A stretch of DNA of 64,000 bases, taken from contig CM059436.1 in the NCBI GenBank assembly GCA_030390025.1, positions 30,380,001 to 30,444,000 of the forward strand, in the 5' to 3' direction. Origin of the DNA: Squalus acanthias (Eukaryota). Below the pieces are notes generated by a model that saw nothing but the letters and a program-made list of their open reading frames with translations, was not told where the DNA came from and searched no databases. The position numbers were made by a program, and so were the translations under genes. This document shows positions 60,186 through 64,000 of this stretch, piece after piece. Position 1 is the stretch's first letter. Each line of letters begins with the position of its first letter.

Positions 60186-62584
60186 AATCAACAAAAAAAG
60201 TACCAGTAATCATCAGACAAAAGCGAAGCAAAAAATATTCTTCACAGCAACATCTGACTAGCTTTAAATAAAACACACTAAGCCGTGGATTGTCACAGTG
60301 CATACCTTAGTAGAAGCAATAACGATGTAGCTGAATTAAAAATAGCTTTACAAGAACCATGGAAACCACGCAGCCCTATTCCAAACTATTTAAAATTCCT
60401 AGGATTCTTATCATGCATGCCAGCAATAAAAGGATTCCTGAGCACTGGGTTCTGATCTGATTGACTTTTAATGGTTTTTACACTGATCTCACTTCTGTGT
60501 GTGTCGTAAAGTTATGCTGGTTGAAGAAATGATGTGGGTATTGTCAAATAGACAAATATGTATATGTAACTTAAACACTCATAATTTCCATTGTGGACCT
60601 ACTGATGATCCCTGATTTCTGCCTTCCCAGAATTTGGGAGGGGTCAGTGGCCGGACTAAGCAGCAGGTGGAAGTCCTGGCCCACCACACTTCCAGCCTCT
60701 CAAAAGTGTCTGAAATTACTACCCTTCTATCTCTTTTAAGGCAACTATATTTCCACCATTCTACTTTCTCTTTGTCTCCCAGCACTACGTACTACCTATG
60801 CCTGAGAGGGTGGGTGGTGGACCTGGTCCAAGGCCCTTCCCAAAACTGGGGGAAGAGCACAGGAATTGCCGGAGGTGTTTCATACCCTGATTTTTCCTCC
60901 CCAGCTAATATTGGTAAACCAGCATGTGGGGGGACTATGTGCAGAAACCTGTACCCCACTATTGCACAGTGTAGTACTTGCGTGCTTCAGCACTCTGTGC
61001 CACTGCATGACCCTTCTATCCCTTATCTATTTGTCACCTTTTCAGTTGTATCCGGCCAAGCCACTAGATAATTATTTAATTGCTGCTGTGTATGTAACAC
61101 CTAAAAGCCTGGCTTATTATCTTGGTTGAACCTTGGCTGTGTACAGCTCATGCTAGTATCAGTCGGCTAACTATAGCCTGACACTGTTAGATTGTTCTGA
61201 AGATGGCTAATTTATTCTGAATGTATTTGTGAATCTAAATTCTGTTTATTTAAGCTCCTGTTATAGGGTAGGAATAGAGAAAAAAATGCATTCAGGAAGT
61301 TCCATTCTCCTGATAATTTATCCTTGCAGAGTTCACTACCAAAAACAAAATTTATGACTGGGTCTTCAGTTTTTCTTTCTCAGTCCACATACATATAAAA
61401 TCAAAAAATATCAATGCTTTGAAGGAATTCTAAACTGAGTTTTGACAGCTAATTCTGAACTGGACCAATTTAGATATATTTGAACAGTAAGAGTTCTAAC
61501 AACGTTTAGAGAATGCAGATGGGATTTTAATTGGATGCCTTCCCACCTCTCTTGTGCTGAGGCATCGTTCTATAGCTACCAATCACTGTCGTACCTTACT
61601 CAAGTGCCCATTCTTCATCTGTAAGCTTAGGCAAGGATCGTTGGCATCACAGCCCAAACCCAACGTGGTTCTCATCCAACATTCACACTTACACTTTCCC
61701 TAGGATTTGCTGGGTAGTGATCGGGGTGGCAACTCTGGTTGATTTTTCCTCCTCCTAGCTCAGGGGCACTGAGGCCAATTGTTACATTCCTAGCTGAGAT
61801 CAACTAACTCAGCATACCTGTCAATAGCAGCTAGGATCTTCCTGATATATGTGGTTGAGTTCCTAGGCTGTCCACCTACCAACTGAGCCATCAAGAAGAA
61901 GACTATCTCTTTAAGACACTTAAATGCACTTACATATTTGAATTATTTCCTATTTATTGTCTGTTCTGCGCATGTCTGCCGCCATTACAATATCCTATTT
62001 ACTATTCAGTTATTACTGTTTACATGTGAAAAATAGTAAACAACTGAAATTTAGTTGAAGTATTTTTTATGTGGTGATGTAATAGTAACAGTGGTGGATT
62101 CCGCTAAGAAGTAACTTCAGGAACTATTTTGCAGTCTTTACAAGCAATGGGCTTATTTCACACTTTCTCATAAAACTGTCTGCAATTCTTGCATTTTATA
62201 CGAAGCTGGGATGTACCCTGAATTCCATGGGAAGTCTTTGGATTTCCCGAACTCTATGGCATAATCCTGTGATACAAATTAAATTTTGTGGAAGTCTGTT
62301 TATAGATTACCTAAATTTGACAGGAGGCTCTTTTCAAATTAACCTGAATTGTATAGAAAATTGTTTGTTTATTAGGACTGACCTAACCTAACACCTAATT
62401 TACAACACTATTGTATAATTTATAACACGTGTTAATCGCCACTAATCTGCTTAAAACACAAGTTTGTTATATTGGACTCCTTTTATATGGTGCAGCAATT
62501 TTATCAACCATTCTTACATGTAGTTCCTAACGCTCCTAGCAAATTTAGTCCGTCAAATGAAAATAGTTTTAATATAAAAAATAC

Positions 62585-63012
62585 TTAATAATATGAATGA
62601 ACCTTTAGGACGTGGTTCAAATCCATCACTGACTAATGGGAGCAAAGCCTCTTCTGTCTGTTGTTGTCAGGGTCCTATGTAGAATGAGTTTAGGCAGCTT
62701 CAATCTAGTTTCTCAATCCAGTAATGGCTTCACAGCACAAAATTGCCTCTGGTTTGACACTAAATTGGCAGTGTCACTCAGAGAGGTCACAGGATTGCTG
62801 ACCTGTGAAATGGAAAAATGTGTGTCGTAGGGCATTCCACAGATTGAGGCACCATGTTAGAGCAGAGTTAATGAAGCTTTACTTTGCACTTAGCCATCGT
62901 ATACCTGACCTAGGAGTGCTAGATGTTGGCACTGGATGCACACAATGGAAAATGGTTTCTTCAATAGCACTCACATCCTTCACCTTGATAAGCACAAAAT
63001 TTGCACAAAAAG
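62585..63012 (+). mobile_element. LF-SINE-like ancient SINE
   Basis: Ordered motifs GGTTCAAATCCA, CCTATGTAGAATGAGTT, CACAGCACAAAA, CACTAAATTGGCA, CAGAGAGG, TTGAGGCAC, TATACCTG, CACCTTGATAAGCACAAAATT resemble the LF-SINE consensus as recalled. Confidence 0.6.
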
Positions 63013-63187
63013 AAATGAGTAAATAATGCATGCATTATACATTATATAAATTAGAATATACCCAGGATGGGTTAAAAGCAGTGATTCTATCTCAGAGGTC
63101 AGATGTCATTCATAAAGATATCTGTATTGATATCTTTATCCTGAGTTGGAATTACCAGCTTATAAGTGACCCTCCTGGAAGCTATTT

Positions 63188-63210
63188 TTATATATATATA
63201 TATATATATA
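63188..63210. repeat. (TA)n microsatellite
   Basis: TATATATATATATATATATATA run. Confidence 0.9.
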
Positions 63211-63749
63211 AATAATGTCTTTTGCACCTCACAAAATAAGATCAGATCTTTACAAGTTTACTCATTGGCAAGGCATGTGGATATTCTGCATCTGTTTAGA
63301 GCTGGGTACACTCTCCTAATAAGAAATGCTGGCAGAACTCACAGTTCTTGTACAAAGAGTTTCATAATTTTTTCCAGATTGTAGTACAATTTCCCTTGTG
63401 GTGTATCGTTTACTTGTAATGTAATCTATCAGTAGTGTGCATTTTAACATTAACATTCAATCTGGTACATGATGTTACAATTCAGGCTTTATCCCAACAC
63501 TTGCTCTCATGTTACATGGCATTTCCATAAGGAGACTGAGTCTCTTATGAAGCAAAACCTGCTTCTTATTCGCTGCCATGTATGGGATAGTGTGCTCAAG
63601 TTTAATAGTTAATCTCTAATCACAATGCATACTCACTGAAGAGGAAGTGGGCTGCCCACCACATTTTCTTGTCACTTCAGAAGGTGGAAAAATAGCAATG
63701 TATACAGGCTAAGTCTACTTGGTGAGATTTATTTACATATATAATAATA

Positions 63750-64000
63750 CATAGTACAGAAACTCTTGTTTAACCGGCACCTAAATATCCGGAATTCTCT
63801 CTTAACCGGCAAAAATCATCCTCCGAAAACTCCTCTCAAATAACCGGCAATGTTGCCGAGTCCGAGTCTGAGTCTCCCGCAAACGCCGAGTACTCCGAAA
63901 CTCCTCTCAAATAACCGGCAATGTTGCCGAGTCCGAGTCTCCCGTGAACGCCGAGTTAGTCAGTGGGGCTAGTTCTCCAAAGTGCCACTACTCGGCCTCC
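63750..64000. mobile_element. probable Tc1/mariner (pogo/Tigger-like) element end with internal tandem repeats, cut by the window edge
   Basis: Repeated TAACCGGCA / TATCCGGAA subterminal motifs. A ~65-72-bp unit CTCCGAAA(A)CTCCTCTCAAATAACCGGCAATGTTGCCGAGTCCGAGTCT...CGCCGAGT occurs at 63821-63892 and 63893-63956. Confidence 0.45.

Noticed and set aside
21830-64000. Exons of a neighbouring protein-coding gene downstream of SOCS5
   Set aside because: No ORF in the track resembles a host protein I recognise; short exons under 60 codons cannot be excluded.

Overview
This is vertebrate genomic DNA, most likely from a cartilaginous fish (shark), judged from HE1-type V-SINEs, HER1/CR1 LINE tails and SacSINE1-like Deu-domain SINEs. 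There is one clear host gene: the single coding exon of SOCS5 (12849-14462, +, 537 aa). It has a canonical splice acceptor 15 nt upstream of the ATG and probably a long 3'UTR ending near a poly(A) signal at 21229. The rest is intron and intergenic DNA packed with decayed CR1 and L2 LINEs, several SINE families (including an LF-SINE-like copy) and Harbinger-like MITEs. Four things stand out. (1) A 1.48-kb near-perfect palindrome (25908-27391) is formed by two inverted 3' ends of a Penelope-like retroelement; each arm carries a GIY-YIG remnant with identical lesions and a minimal hammerhead ribozyme, and the whole is nested in a CR1 that is nested in a SINE. (2) A compact, GC-rich CsRn1-clade Gypsy element (45543-49887) has about 99% identical LTRs, a tRNA-Trp PBS and a 4-bp TSD, but a multiply disabled pol. 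(3) A gapped C/T-only 17/20-bp minisatellite begins at a LINE tail. (4) A 29-bp hairpin sits inside a MITE. Repeat family names come from recalled consensus features rather than a database search, and boundaries of decayed repeats are approximate.
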